DNA of 64,000 nucleotides from NCBI GenBank assembly GCA_963555985.3, contig OY820591.1, forward strand, positions 928,001-992,000, in the 5' to 3' direction. Below, in pieces: positions 38,203-49,898 of this stretch (position 1 is its first letter; each line of letters opens with the position of its first letter). The notes under the pieces are model-generated. The model was given only the letters and a program-made list of their open reading frames with translations. It searched no databases and had not been told where the DNA came from. The translations under genes were made by a program, and so were the position numbers. The stretch comes from Dehalococcoidia bacterium (lineage in GTDB: Bacteria; Chloroflexota; Dehalococcoidia; Bin125).

Positions 38203-38350
38203 CATATCCGTCATTCCCGCGCAGGCGGGAATCTCGAAGCAACCAAGTCCGAAGCCACCTCTACATCTGGTCGTACCACCGACCTCGCATCGCGTGATCC
38301 GCTCCTCCGAGGCCCCAACATGCCAGGATGGGCTTTCGCAACGCTCTCCG
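38203..38350 (+). mobile_element. MITE-like repeat, copy 3
   Basis: Matches the interior and right end of 35315-35505. Confidence 0.75.
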
Positions 38351-38421
38351 CAGTCGGAAATGACGGAAGCGGAAGACCGGCGGCTTCTGAGCCATCCCCC
38401 ATACTGCGGAGGCAGAGCTGA

Positions 38422-39771
<1,350 letters not shown>

Positions 39772-39783
39772 GGCGCAGTTGCG

Positions 39784-41733
39784 CTACAACTCGGCCTTGA
39801 GCTGTTCGGCCAAGCGCTTGGTCATACCCGGAGTAGCGGCGAGATCTGCGATTTCGGCCTCCCGCATCGCCTGGAGCGAGCCGAATTTGCGCATCAGCGC
39901 CTTCTTGCGGCGGGGGCCGATGCCCTTGATCCGATCGAGCGTGCTCTGCGAGGAGCGGCGTGAGCGGAGGCGGCGGTGGTAGGAGATAGCGAAGCGGTGG
40001 GCTTCGTCGCGGATGCGCTGCACGAGGTAGAGGCCCTGGGAGCGCCGGTCGAGCCGGACCGGATCGGCGGCGTCAACGAGGAAGAGCAGTTCCTCCCGCT
40101 TGGCCAGACCGGCCAGGGGAATGTCGTCGAGCGCGAGATTGCGCATCACGTCGTGGGCAGCGGAGACCTGGCCCTTGCCGCCGTCGACAATCACAAGATC
40201 GGGGATCGCGCCCCAGCCTTCCGACTCGGCTTCTTCGCTGGATTCTTCAGGTTGCGCGTCAGCCTGATCGTCGGTCACGTTGTGTTCGGCCAGCCGCTGG
40301 GCGCGGCGTTCTTCACCGAGGCGGCGGAAGCGGCGTTGGATCACTTCGGCCATCGAGGCGAAGTCGTTGGGGCCGTCGGAGGTGTCAACCGTCTTGATGC
40401 GGAAGCGGCGGTATTCGCGGGTGGCGGGGCGGCCGTCGAGGAAGACGACCATCGAGGCGACGACATCGGAGCCTTGGGTGTTGGAGATGTCGTAGCACTC
40501 GATCCGGCGCGGCGCGGCGGGCAGGCTGAGCGCTTCTTCGAGTTCGCTGAGGGCGGATTCGGTGCGGCCGCGGTCGGCGAGCCAACGAACGCGCGACATT
40601 TGCAGGGTCTCGGCCGCATTTTCGCTCGCCATCTGGACGAGCCGACGTTTCTCGCCCCGCTGCGGATGCCGGACTTCCACGTTCGAGCCGCGGCGCTCGG
40701 AGAGCCAGGCGCGGAGCAGTTCGGGTTCGTCGATCTGATCGGGGATCAACACGAGTCGCGGTACTCCGACCGCGCCTTCGTAGTACTGGCGCAGGAAGGA
40801 GGCAAGCACAGCGCTGAACGGTTCGTCGCGGACGCCGGCGAGAGAGAAGTGGTCGCTGCCGGTCATGTTGTTCCCGCGAATGAAGAGCACCTGAACGACC
40901 GCTTCGTCGCCGTCAAGGGCGACTCCGAAAGCATCGATCTCGGAGGCGGCGCCCTTGGATTGGGCGGTGGCGGTGAGTTGGGATTCGGTGACTCGCTCGA
41001 CGGCTTCGATTTGGTCTCTGAGTTTGGCGGCGCGCTCGAAGTCGAGTTGTTCGGCAGCCTCAGTCATGGCGGATCGAAGTTGGCTAGCGACTTCGTTGCT
41101 CTTGCCGTCGAGGAAGAGCATGGTCTGGTTGATGACCTCGCGGTATTCGTCCTCGGTGCAGTAGGCGGTGCAGGGGGCGATGCAGCGGCGGATGTAGTAC
41201 TCGAGGCAGGGGCGGGGGTCGGTGCCGGTGATCACCTTGTCGCAGGAGCGCCAGGGGAAGAGCTTCTTGACCAGATCGAGCGAGGTGCGGACGGATTTGG
41301 CGGAGGCGTAAGGGCCGAAGTAGCGGGCGCCGTCGTTGTGGACGCGGCGGGTGATCGTGACTCGGGGCCAGGGTTCGTTGAGATCGATCTTGAGGTAGGG
41401 GTAGTGCTTGTCGTCCTTGAGGCGGACATTGAAGAGGGGTTGATGGCGCTTGACCAGCGTGGCTTCGAGGTGAAGGGCGTCCTGTTCGGTTTGAGTAGTG
41501 ACGTATTCGATGGCGGCGATCTTGCGGGCGAGGTTGCGAGTCTTGCCTTCGAGCGAGCGGGGCGCGCCGAAGTAGGAGCGGACCCGGGAGCGGAGATTGG
41601 CGGCTTTGCCGACGTAGAGCACGCTGCCGGCCGCGTCGCGGAAGGTGTAGACGCCGGGACGAGTAGGGAGGGCGGCGACTTCGGCGCGGAGGCGGGAGCG
41701 AAGATCGTCAGTGATTTCTGTCGGTCGCGTCAT
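39784..41733 (-). CDS. uvrC: Excinuclease ABC subunit C
   Basis: GVY..YVGKA GIY-YIG domain, ECYDISN, DGGKGQ, RDEAHRFA, HhH. Confidence 0.97.
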   Translation of the reverse strand: MTRPTEITDDLRSRLRAEVAALPTRPGVYTFRDAAGSVLYVGKAANLRSRVRSYFGAPRSLEGKTRNLARKIAAIEYVTTQTEQDALHLEATLVKRHQPLFNVRLKDDKHYPYLKIDLNEPWPRVTITRRVHNDGARYFGPYASAKSVRTSLDLVKKLFPWRSCDKVITGTDPRPCLEYYIRRCIAPCTAYCTEDEYREVINQTMLFLDGKSNEVASQLRSAMTEAAEQLDFERAAKLRDQIEAVERVTESQLTATAQSKGAASEIDAFGVALDGDEAVVQVLFIRGNNMTGSDHFSLAGVRDEPFSAVLASFLRQYYEGAVGVPRLVLIPDQIDEPELLRAWLSERRGSNVEVRHPQRGEKRRLVQMASENAAETLQMSRVRWLADRGRTESALSELEEALSLPAAPRRIECYDISNTQGSDVVASMVVFLDGRPATREYRRFRIKTVDTSDGPNDFASMAEVIQRRFRRLGEERRAQRLAEHNVTDDQADAQPEESSEEAESEGWGAIPDLVIVDGGKGQVSAAHDVMRNLALDDIPLAGLAKREELLFLVDAADPVRLDRRSQGLYLVQRIRDEAHRFAISYHRRLRSRRSSQSTLDRIKGIGPRRKKALMRKFGSLQAMREAEIADLAATPGMTKRLAEQLKAEL

Positions 41734-41891
41734 AAGCTGAGATTAGGCGACACGGGACGGTTGCGGGTATCTCGCTGTGATTTGCGCCGTCGCCGCCAGT
41801 ACCGCGAGATTGCCGCGGCGGAGCACGGCAATGACGAATAATCGATTTGCTCGTGGGTGTCCGAGGAAGGAAGCGAGTGATGGTATGGGAG

Positions 41892-41968
41892 TGGCGCGCC
41901 CGGCAGGACTTGAACCTGCGACCTCTGCCTCCGCAGGGCAGCGCTCTCATCCGCTGAGCTACGGGCGC
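41892..41968 (-). tRNA. tRNA-Arg(GCG)
   Basis: Anticodon arm CTGCC-CTGCGGA-GGCAG; CCA end. Confidence 0.9.
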
Positions 41969-41989
41969 GTGTGGAACGAAGGGAGCGAT

Positions 41990-42076
<87 letters not shown>

Positions 42077-42121
42077 GCTGCTGTGCTCCCGAGTGCCGCC
42101 CTCCCCCGGCGGCGTGCAGTC

Positions 42122-42198
42122 TGGTGGGCGATGCAGGACTTGAACCTGCGGCCTCTCGGATGTGAACCGAACGCTCTAGCCAGCTGAGCTAATCGCCC
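42122..42198 (-). tRNA. tRNA-Val(CAC)
   Basis: Anticodon loop TTCACAT; CCA end. Confidence 0.93.
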
Positions 42199-42246
42199 GC
42201 ACCCCTGCTGCGCGTCCGCTGCGGCCGGCCGCGCCGGCGGCGGTGC

Positions 42247-42322
42247 TGGTAGCAGCGGCAGGACTCGAACCTGCGACACGGGGCTTATGAGTCCCCTGCT
42301 CTGCCAACTGAGCTACGCTGCC
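42247..42322 (-). tRNA. tRNA with CAT anticodon (probably elongator Met; Ile2 not excluded)
   Basis: Anticodon loop CTCATAA; CCA end. Confidence 0.88.
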
Positions 42323-42481
42323 ACGCGCTCCAAACCGCTGTTTCAGGCTCACTCACGCTATCGCGTTCGCGGACGCACGTCAAAGCTGCGAGCGGCGCGA
42401 TCCCGTCGCGCTGAGGCCATACCATGACGGGTAGGAGGCCGCTGGCGGTCTCGCTGAGAAGCAGAACTCGCGGGCGTTGCG

Positions 42482-43051
42482 ATGACGATCCACTGGCGGC
42501 CGGGGTCTTCGCTTGCGGGGCGGTTGCTGGTCGCGTCGCGGAACCTGATCGATCCGAATTTTTTTCGTACCGTAGTGCTGATGCTGGAACACCAGGACGG
42601 CGCATTGGGAGTCGTATTGAACCGTCCAACGACGCTCGCGATCGCGGAGGTGGTACCCGATTGGCTGCCGTTGGCGGGAGAGCCGGCAGTGGTGTTTCAC
42701 GGTGGTCCAGTGGAACGGACGGCGGCGATTGGTCTGGCGCGGGGGCAGGCGAGCGATGCGGACGAGCGATTCACGCCGGTGAGCCGGGAAGTGGGGATCA
42801 TCGACCTGGGTGCAGGTCCCGATTCGCTGGGCAGTCTGGTCAGCGATGTGCGGATTTACTCGGGCTATGCCGGTTGGAGTCCGGGGCAGTTGGAAGGCGA
42901 GATTGAGGCGGGCGGCTGGATCGTGCTAGACGCCGATCCGTTTGATCCACTGGTGAACGATCCGGCTGCACTGTGGAACTACGCCGCCGTGCGCGCCGCG
43001 GACGGACTAGGCGTACAGATTCGCACTGATCCGCAAGCGGAATACAACTGA
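42482..43051 (+). CDS. YqgE/AlgH family protein
   Basis: DPNFFRTVV, GVVLNRP, GGPV, GYAGWSPGQLEGEI. Confidence 0.92.
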   Translation: MTIHWRPGSSLAGRLLVASRNLIDPNFFRTVVLMLEHQDGALGVVLNRPTTLAIAEVVPDWLPLAGEPAVVFHGGPVERTAAIGLARGQASDADERFTPVSREVGIIDLGAGPDSLGSLVSDVRIYSGYAGWSPGQLEGEIEAGGWIVLDADPFDPLVNDPAALWNYAAVRAADGLGVQIRTDPQAEYN

Positions 43052-43056
43052 GCGCC

Positions 43057-44232
43057 ATGCGGCGATTGCTCTCGGCCCTGCGGGAACGACAGCAGTCCTG
43101 GATTCTGTTCACGTTTTTTCGGCGTCCGCGCAATCGGCGCGAAGCGTTTTCACGGCTCGTGGTAGTTGCGTTCGTGGCCGCGGCGGCAGTCGGTCCCGTG
43201 TTCATTGGCCGGGGCGGGGGTGAACTGACGGCTGGGGCGGGCGCTGCGTATCGCGCGCAGCTTGCCGAGTTGGAAGAGCTGCGAGAAGAGCGCGACGCCG
43301 CCGAAGGGGACACCCCGGCTCTGGATGAGCGGATCTCAGCGCTGGAGGCGGAGACGAAGCTGGGTTATCTGCCGCGTGACGGCGACGCGGCGCAACCAGG
43401 CGGGCTGATACCCGATTTTCGGCTGCTCAACCTTGATGGCGAACCGGTGCGGCTGTCGGAAATTGACGGGCCGATCCTGCTGAATTTCTGGGCGAGCTGG
43501 TGCCAGCCGTGCGTGGAGGAGATGCCGGACTTCGAGATCGTGCACCAGGAATTGGGCGACCGGATCACGCTGATTGGCGTGAACGACGGCGAGAGTCTGG
43601 AGACGGCGCGGCAGTTTGCGGATATCGAGATTGGAGTGTCGTACACCATCTTGATCGATCCGACCAAGCAGATGACGGACGGTCCGTACCTGTTGGTGGG
43701 GCGACCAACGACGTACTACATTGACAGCAGCGGCGAGATTCGGGAGATCCGGGTTGGGTTCCACACGCTGGAGGAGATGCGGAGCCTGGTCGGCAAGTTG
43801 CTCGGCGAGGATGTGAGCGAGGGCGCAGAGGCTTCGCCTTCAGCAGGGGAGTATGCAGAGTCGGCGCTGAATTTGCTTGAGTCGGCGCGGGCGAACTACG
43901 CCGTGGGAGCGGATCTGATTGAACGCTGGCAGGGTGATCCTTCGGTGTTCGGTGATCCGGGTTGGCAGCGGAGCATGAGCGCGAATGTGCTGACATGGGC
44001 GGATTTGCTGGATCAGTTTGAGGCGTTGAAGCCGCCGGAAAATCGCTCGGCGCTGCATAGCGCCGTGGCGAACGGTCTCACAGCAGTGCATGTTGCCGGG
44101 CAGTTGATTGCGGACGCAATTGAGGGCCCGAACGAGGCGCTGTTGACGACGGCGGCGGGTCTGTTCGAGAGCGGGCGCGCGCAGTTCGATGCGGCGGCGG
44201 ACGATCTCGAAGATGTGCTGAGCGGGCGTTGA
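43057..44232 (+). CDS. Membrane-anchored TlpA/ResA-like thioredoxin with helical C-terminal extension
   Basis: LLNFWASWCQPCVEEMP. Confidence 0.85.
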   Translation: MRRLLSALRERQQSWILFTFFRRPRNRREAFSRLVVVAFVAAAAVGPVFIGRGGGELTAGAGAAYRAQLAELEELREERDAAEGDTPALDERISALEAETKLGYLPRDGDAAQPGGLIPDFRLLNLDGEPVRLSEIDGPILLNFWASWCQPCVEEMPDFEIVHQELGDRITLIGVNDGESLETARQFADIEIGVSYTILIDPTKQMTDGPYLLVGRPTTYYIDSSGEIREIRVGFHTLEEMRSLVGKLLGEDVSEGAEASPSAGEYAESALNLLESARANYAVGADLIERWQGDPSVFGDPGWQRSMSANVLTWADLLDQFEALKPPENRSALHSAVANGLTAVHVAGQLIADAIEGPNEALLTTAAGLFESGRAQFDAAADDLEDVLSGR

Positions 44233-44258
44233 GCTCTGCGATACCGTGAAGCGCGCAG

Positions 44259-44335
44259 GGGCGATTAGCTCAGTCGGCTAGAGCGTCCGGTTTACACCCG
44301 GGAGGTCGGAGGTTCGAGTCCTCCATCGCCCACCA
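44259..44335 (+). tRNA. tRNA-Val(TAC)
   Basis: GGGCGAT acceptor stem, TTTACAC loop, CCA end. Confidence 0.94.
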
Positions 44336-44373
44336 CGTCCGTTCAGTAAGCTGCACCCAGGACCGCGCCGACC

Positions 44374-45090
44374 ATGCAGGAGCACGACATGAGCCTCACC
44401 CAAATCGCGCCCGACCTGTGGGCGACGCCCCACTATCCGGTGGAAGGCATCGACACCGCCAACACCCGCGCCTACCTGTTGACACGGCCGCAGGGCAACG
44501 TCCTGATCTACGGCCTGGGTTTTCAGCGCGGCGAGGCCGACGAGGCCGTGCTGGACGAGATCGCGGCGCTGGGCGGGGTGCAGCTGCAACTGCTCTCGCA
44601 CAGCGATGAAGCGAGCCATTCACTCGATGCCGTGCGCGAGCGCTTCGGCTCCCGCCTGGCCTGTAGCGCGGTGGAAGTGGACCAGATCGACAACTACGCT
44701 GAAGGCCTCAGCATCGACCTGGCCTGGGAGCCCGACTGCGCTGATGAGGCGTTGGACGGCCTGGAGATCATGGCCACGCCCGGCCACACCAAAGGCAGCA
44801 TCAGCGTCCGCTACGAGTCGCCGCACGGCCAGACCTACCTCTTCACCGGCGACACCATCGTGCCCAAGGACGACGGCGGCTGGGCCACCGCTGTGGCCGA
44901 ACAGCAGGGCGGCACCGCCGCCGACTTGGAGCGCTCCTTGCTCGCGCTGCGCAAACAGTCCTTCGACTTGCTGGCGAGCAGCGCCTACGTCGGCGAGACC
45001 AGCACCGCTTCCCCGTCGCAAGAGGAGTGGCAAGCGATCGTCGACCACCGCCTGGAGCGCCTGCGCGAGTGGGACGCCGCCCGCGCCTAA
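44374..45090 (+). CDS. Metallo-beta-lactamase-fold protein
   Basis: SHSDE, TPGHTKGS, LFTGDT. Confidence 0.82.
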   Translation: MQEHDMSLTQIAPDLWATPHYPVEGIDTANTRAYLLTRPQGNVLIYGLGFQRGEADEAVLDEIAALGGVQLQLLSHSDEASHSLDAVRERFGSRLACSAVEVDQIDNYAEGLSIDLAWEPDCADEALDGLEIMATPGHTKGSISVRYESPHGQTYLFTGDTIVPKDDGGWATAVAEQQGGTAADLERSLLALRKQSFDLLASSAYVGETSTASPSQEEWQAIVDHRLERLREWDAARA

Positions 45091-45241
45091 GCTTCCCGCC
45101 CGGCCCTGCTCGAACTCCTCCTTCAAGACGATGGCGGAACCGAGGTCTTGAGCCAGGCCTCCTGCATCTCTGAGTGCTATATTCCACATAAAAGTTCTCA
45201 TTTCGACACAAGATGGCCTGCCAGCAACGTGGAGGATTGCC

Positions 45242-45656
45242 ATGGCCGAGGGCAGCAGCGGGGTGAGGCTGCTGTCGGGCGGCAATCCCCAGATTCCAAA
45301 GGGCGACGGCGACGCCCCGGTGCAGGCCTACATCGCAGCCATGCCGGGCTGGAAGAGCGATCTGGGCCGCCGCCTCGATGAGCTGGCGCACCATTCCCAA
45401 CGTGCGCAAGGCGGTGCGCTGGAACTCGCCCTGGTACGGCGTCGAGGGTCAGGGCTGGTTCGTGAGCGCCCACGTCTTCAGCAAATACGTCAAAGTGACT
45501 TTCCTCAACGGCTCGGAGTTGTCGCCGGCGCCGCCGGGCTCGGGCAAGGATCCCGACTCGCGCTGGGTCAACATCTACGAGGATGGATTCGACGAGGAGC
45601 AGATGACAGAGTGGATCCGCCAGGCCGCCGCTTTGCCAGGCTGGGATGGGTTCTGA
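45242..45656 (+). pseudogene. DUF1801-family gene, frameshifted near 45385
   Basis: LLSGGNPQIPKGDGDAPVQAYIAAMPGWK continues in another frame as VRKAVRWNSPWYG..QAAALPGW. Confidence 0.75.
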
Positions 45657-45681
45657 GGCCAATCGAGAAGGGAGAAACCCC

Positions 45682-46101
45682 ATGCGAGTGATGGTGTTGG
45701 TCAAGGCGACCGAAGACAGCGAGGCAGGCGTCATGCCCTCGACCGAAATGTTCGAGGCGATGGGCGCCTACAACGAGGAACTGGTCAACGCCGGAATCAT
45801 GAAGGATGCCGACGGCCTGACGCCTACAGCGCAGGGGAAGCGGGTGGCTTTCGACGGCGACTCCCGCACCGTGATCGACGGCCCGTTCGGCGTCACCAGC
45901 GAACTGGTCGCCGGGTTCTGGATCTGGGAGGTCGAGGATTTGGAGGAAGCAGTTGAGTGGGTCAAGCGCTGTCCCAATCCGATGCCCGGCCCGAGCGAGA
46001 TCGAGATCCGTCCGTTCTATCAGCTCGATGACTTCGGCGACGCGATAACGCCCGAGCAGATTGAGCGGGAAGAGCGACTGCGCGAGCGAGTCGAGGAGTA
46101 A
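45682..46101 (+). CDS. YciI family protein
   Basis: MRVMVLVKAT..DGPF..ELVAGFWIW..EIEIRP. Confidence 0.9.
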   Translation: MRVMVLVKATEDSEAGVMPSTEMFEAMGAYNEELVNAGIMKDADGLTPTAQGKRVAFDGDSRTVIDGPFGVTSELVAGFWIWEVEDLEEAVEWVKRCPNPMPGPSEIEIRPFYQLDDFGDAITPEQIEREERLRERVEE

Positions 46102-46126
46102 TCTGAGGCTCGGGAAGGCACGGATC

Positions 46127-46807
46127 ATGAGACAACTCGAACCCGACCTGTGGCAGACCTCGGTGTCCGCGATCAGTGAGACCGTGGGTACCAATGCGTA
46201 CCTGTTGACCAAGCCAACGGGCAATCTACTGATCTACGGGCTCGGTTACGGCGAGAGCGAGGGTCGGGGCGACGATCTTGATCAGATCGAGCGTCTTGGT
46301 GGAGTCGAGTTGCAAATCCTGAGCCACCGGGACGAGGCGAGTCCGTCGCTGAACGTCGTTCGCGAGCGCTTTGGCTCGCGCCTGGCCTGTAGCACGCTTG
46401 AGGAACCGGCGATTCGCGCCGAAGCCGCGGTTGACCTGATTGTCGGTTCGAACTGCTCCGACCCGGTGCTGGATGGCCTCGAGATCCTGGAGACGCCGGG
46501 TCACACGGACGGCAGCATTAGCTTCCGGTACCGATCGCCGCACGGGAAGTCGTACCTGTTCACCGGGGATACGATCTTTCGCTGGGACGATCACTGGGGC
46601 ACGTTCGTCTTCTCCGAGGCGGGCGGCGATGCCGGAGACTTGAGGAAGAGTCTCATGTCGCTGCGCGAGCTGGAGCCGGACTGGGTGATTTCGAGCGCGT
46701 TTTTCCGGTCGGTGGGTGCGGGCGAGGTCTCGGGGACGGAGTGGTCTGAGATTGTTGATGCGCAGATCGCCCGTCTGGCTGAGGGGCCTACCCGGCAAAC
46801 GGATTGA
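46127..46807 (+). CDS. Metallo-beta-lactamase-fold protein (paralog of 44374)
   Basis: SHRDE, TPGHTDGS, LFTGDT. Confidence 0.82.
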   Translation: MRQLEPDLWQTSVSAISETVGTNAYLLTKPTGNLLIYGLGYGESEGRGDDLDQIERLGGVELQILSHRDEASPSLNVVRERFGSRLACSTLEEPAIRAEAAVDLIVGSNCSDPVLDGLEILETPGHTDGSISFRYRSPHGKSYLFTGDTIFRWDDHWGTFVFSEAGGDAGDLRKSLMSLRELEPDWVISSAFFRSVGAGEVSGTEWSEIVDAQIARLAEGPTRQTD

Positions 46808-47198
46808 TGACACGGAGGCTGTCGTAGTCCTGCTGGTCGCTGAGATCTTCGGAGTACACCGCATCGCAGCCCATGGCCCGCGCAGCGGCAAGAATGGCGG
46901 CATCCCAGTAGGAGAGCTGGAAGCGCTGGCAGATGTCCAGGGCGGACGTGAACAGTGTTCGATCGAGAGTCTGAACGGGAATCTCAGCGAGTGTGTCCAG
47001 AAACACCAGAGCTTGTTGGTGGCTGAGCCGGTGCGGCCGGGATGCGCGAGTGGCCTGATAGTAGAACTCTTGGAGGACCTGTACGGAGAGGCAAAGATCG
47101 TCTCGTTCAAGCAGCTCCAGAGCGATCCGAGTCTTGTCTTCCTCACTGGGGTGCAGACTGGCGGCGTACAGCAGTACGTTTGTGTCAGTCAGGCGCAT
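46788..47198 (-). CDS. PIN-domain (VapC-like) toxin
   Basis: [25 protein letters not shown]. Confidence 0.9.
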   Translation of the reverse strand: MRLTDTNVLLYAASLHPSEEDKTRIALELLERDDLCLSVQVLQEFYYQATRASRPHRLSHQQALVFLDTLAEIPVQTLDRTLFTSALDICQRFQLSYWDAAILAAARAMGCDAVYSEDLSDQQDYDSLRVINPFAG

Positions 47199-47460
47199 GG
47201 CGATCGTAGAGTTCTTCCCGCGGAATGTTGTCGGCCACGCGGAAGTTCGGACTATTGCGGCTGATCTCATCCCGTACTTCGAGAAGCCTGCGCATGCGAC
47301 GCTCGGACGCAGTTTCCTGTTTCTGGGTTTCAGTACCGGCGTCGGTGAGGCTTCTCAGATATTCGCGCACGAGTGCCGAGACGGATGTGTCCATCTCGGC
47401 CGCTCGGATGCGAGCCTGCCGGTAGGTCTCTTCGTCGACCGAAACGGTGATGTTCTTCAT
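47185..47460 (-). CDS. RHH-type antitoxin
   Basis: [28 protein letters not shown]; overlaps toxin start. Confidence 0.85.
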   Translation of the reverse strand: MKNITVSVDEETYRQARIRAAEMDTSVSALVREYLRSLTDAGTETQKQETASERRMRRLLEVRDEISRNSPNFRVADNIPREELYDRHAPD

Positions 47461-47630
47461 GGTCACAGTCTCACAGTTCCTGTGCTCCACAGTACTACGG
47501 TGCGGACCGCGACGGCGACCAGCAGACGATACCGCCCGCCCGACAGCGCGATTCGCTGGCGAGAGCGTTGACCCGCCAGCGGGGCTTTCTTAGCCTCTGC
47601 TTAGCCGCGTCCGGCGGAGGGAGCGATCTG

Positions 47631-49304
47631 ATGGCCTCGAAACTGCAGGAATGGCTCGACGGGCCGTACGCCAAGGCCACGGGGCGTTTCCCCGAACGCC
47701 GCGAGGCGTTTCGTCGCTCCAGCGGCGAGGCGCTGGAGCCGATCTACGTCGATCCCGGCGAGTCTGACCCAATGCCCGGCCAATACCCCTACACGCGCGG
47801 GATTCAGCCGACGATGTATCGCGGGCGGCTGTGGACGATGCGGCAGTACGCAGGGCAGGAGGACGCGGAGGCGAGTAACCGGCGCTACCGCTTCCTGCTC
47901 GATCAGGGACAGACGGGGTTGTCGGTGGCGTTCGACCTGCCGACCCAGATCGGCTACGACTCTGATGCGGCGATGTCGGAGGGCGAAGTGGGCAAGGTGG
48001 GAGTGGCGATTGACTCGATCGAGGACATGCGCACGTTGTTTGATCAGATCCCGCTCGACCGGGTGACGACCTCGATGACGATCAATTCGACGGCGGCAAT
48101 CCTGCTCTCGCTCTATGCAGCGGTGGCGGAAGAGCAGGGAGTACCGCAGGACAAGATCGGCGGCACGGTTCAGAACGACATCCTGAAGGAGTACATCGCG
48201 CGGGGGACGTACATCTATCCGCCGCAGCCGTCGATGCGGTTGATTACCGACACCTTCGACTACTGCACACGCGAGGTGCCGCGCTGGAACACGATCTCAA
48301 TCTCGGGCTACCACATGCGCGAGGCGGGTTGCACGGCGGCGCAGGAGATCGGGTTCACACTGGCCAATGCGATTGCGTATGTGGAAGCGGCGCTGGATGC
48401 GGATTTGGCGTTTGATCAGTTCGGACCGCGGCTGTCGTTTTTCTTCGCCTGCCACTCGAACTTTCTTGAGGAGATCGCGAAGTTCCGGGCGGCGCGGCGG
48501 TTGTGGGCGAGCATCGCGCGGGAGCGCTTCGGATCGGAGAATCAGCGCGCGCAGATGCTGCGCTTCCACACGCAGACCGGCGGCGTCACATTGACCGCGC
48601 AGCAGCCCGACAACAACGTGATCCGCACCACCCTGCAAGCGCTCGCAGCGGTACTGGGAGGAACGCAATCGCTGCACACGAACTCGCTCGATGAGGCGTT
48701 GGGGTTGCCTTCGGAGCACGCGGTTGAAGTCGCGCTGCGTACGCAGCAGGTGATCGGCTACGAGAGCGGCGTGGCCGACGTGATCGATCCGCTGGGCGGC
48801 TCGTACTACATCGAGCAGACGACGGATGCGCTGGAGGCCGAGGCGCGGCGCTACATCGAGCAGATTGACGCGCTGGGCGGGGCGGTCAGCGCGATTGAGC
48901 AGGGCTATCAGCAGTCGGAGATTTTGGAAGCGGCCTCGCAGTTCCAGCGGGAGGTGGAGACGGAAGCGGAGCACGCCCGCGCCAGTGAGGGGCCGGCGGG
49001 GAAGGATGGACGGGTGATCGTGGGCGTGAACCGGTTCCAGACCGATGAAGAGCCGGACGTGGAGATTGTGCGCGTGGATCCGCGTGTGCGCGAGCGGCAG
49101 ATGGAGAAGCTGGAGCGGTTGCGGGCCGGTCGTGACGAAGCGGCGGTGAACGCGGCGCTGGATCGGATTCAGCAGGCGGCGGGCGGGAGTGAGAATCTGG
49201 TACCGCTGATGCTGGACGCGGTCAAGCAGTCGGCGACGCTGGGTGAGATTTCGGACGCGCTGCGCTCCGTCTGGGGCGAGTACCGCGAACGCATCGTGGT
49301 CTGA
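47631..49304 (+). CDS. Methylmalonyl-CoA mutase, substrate-binding subunit
   Basis: [38 protein letters not shown]. Confidence 0.94.
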   Translation: MASKLQEWLDGPYAKATGRFPERREAFRRSSGEALEPIYVDPGESDPMPGQYPYTRGIQPTMYRGRLWTMRQYAGQEDAEASNRRYRFLLDQGQTGLSVAFDLPTQIGYDSDAAMSEGEVGKVGVAIDSIEDMRTLFDQIPLDRVTTSMTINSTAAILLSLYAAVAEEQGVPQDKIGGTVQNDILKEYIARGTYIYPPQPSMRLITDTFDYCTREVPRWNTISISGYHMREAGCTAAQEIGFTLANAIAYVEAALDADLAFDQFGPRLSFFFACHSNFLEEIAKFRAARRLWASIARERFGSENQRAQMLRFHTQTGGVTLTAQQPDNNVIRTTLQALAAVLGGTQSLHTNSLDEALGLPSEHAVEVALRTQQVIGYESGVADVIDPLGGSYYIEQTTDALEAEARRYIEQIDALGGAVSAIEQGYQQSEILEAASQFQREVETEAEHARASEGPAGKDGRVIVGVNRFQTDEEPDVEIVRVDPRVRERQMEKLERLRAGRDEAAVNAALDRIQQAAGGSENLVPLMLDAVKQSATLGEISDALRSVWGEYRERIVV

Positions 49305-49320
49305 GGAAAGCAGCGCCGCC

Positions 49321-49860
49321 GTGCCTCTTCGACGCCGCGCACCGGACTCCGCCGACTCCAGCTGGAGCGACGCTGAGCGTCTGCGCTACTGGTGGCAGGC
49401 AGAGCGTGAGCGCCTGCACGAGGCGTTGAGCGCAGTCCCGAACGACGCCGCTGAGCGTCCGCTCGGAGCGGGCGCCTGGTCGCCGCGCGGGATTGCGGCG
49501 CATCGGCTGTTCTGGGAAGCGGAGGAGCGGGCGGCGCTGGAGCAGTACCTGAGCGGACAGACGCCGTCGCTGTTGGAATTCCCGGTGGAGCGGATTGATC
49601 CGACAAACGCGGCGGCGGTGGATGCGCTCGGCGAGCGGCAGTTGAGTGCGTTGCAGCGGGCGCTGTCGCAGCTGCGCGAACGCTCGCGCGGGTTGGTGGA
49701 GCGGATTCCCGACACGGATCTGGATACGCAAGGCAATCCGGCGCGGATCCTGCTGGGGGTCGCCTTGGAGCACGATCGCGAGCATCGGCAGGAGCTCGAG
49801 CGCGCCTTGCCGGAACTACTCGGACACGACACAGGCGTGGACGAGCACAGGCGCACATGA
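49321..49860 (+). CDS. DinB-superfamily protein
   Basis: WS..IAAH, EHDREH. Confidence 0.7.
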   Translation: MPLRRRAPDSADSSWSDAERLRYWWQAERERLHEALSAVPNDAAERPLGAGAWSPRGIAAHRLFWEAEERAALEQYLSGQTPSLLEFPVERIDPTNAAAVDALGERQLSALQRALSQLRERSRGLVERIPDTDLDTQGNPARILLGVALEHDREHRQELERALPELLGHDTGVDEHRRT

Positions 49861-49898
49861 CCGACATCTGAGACAGTGGCTGTGCAAAGGAGCGAGCG

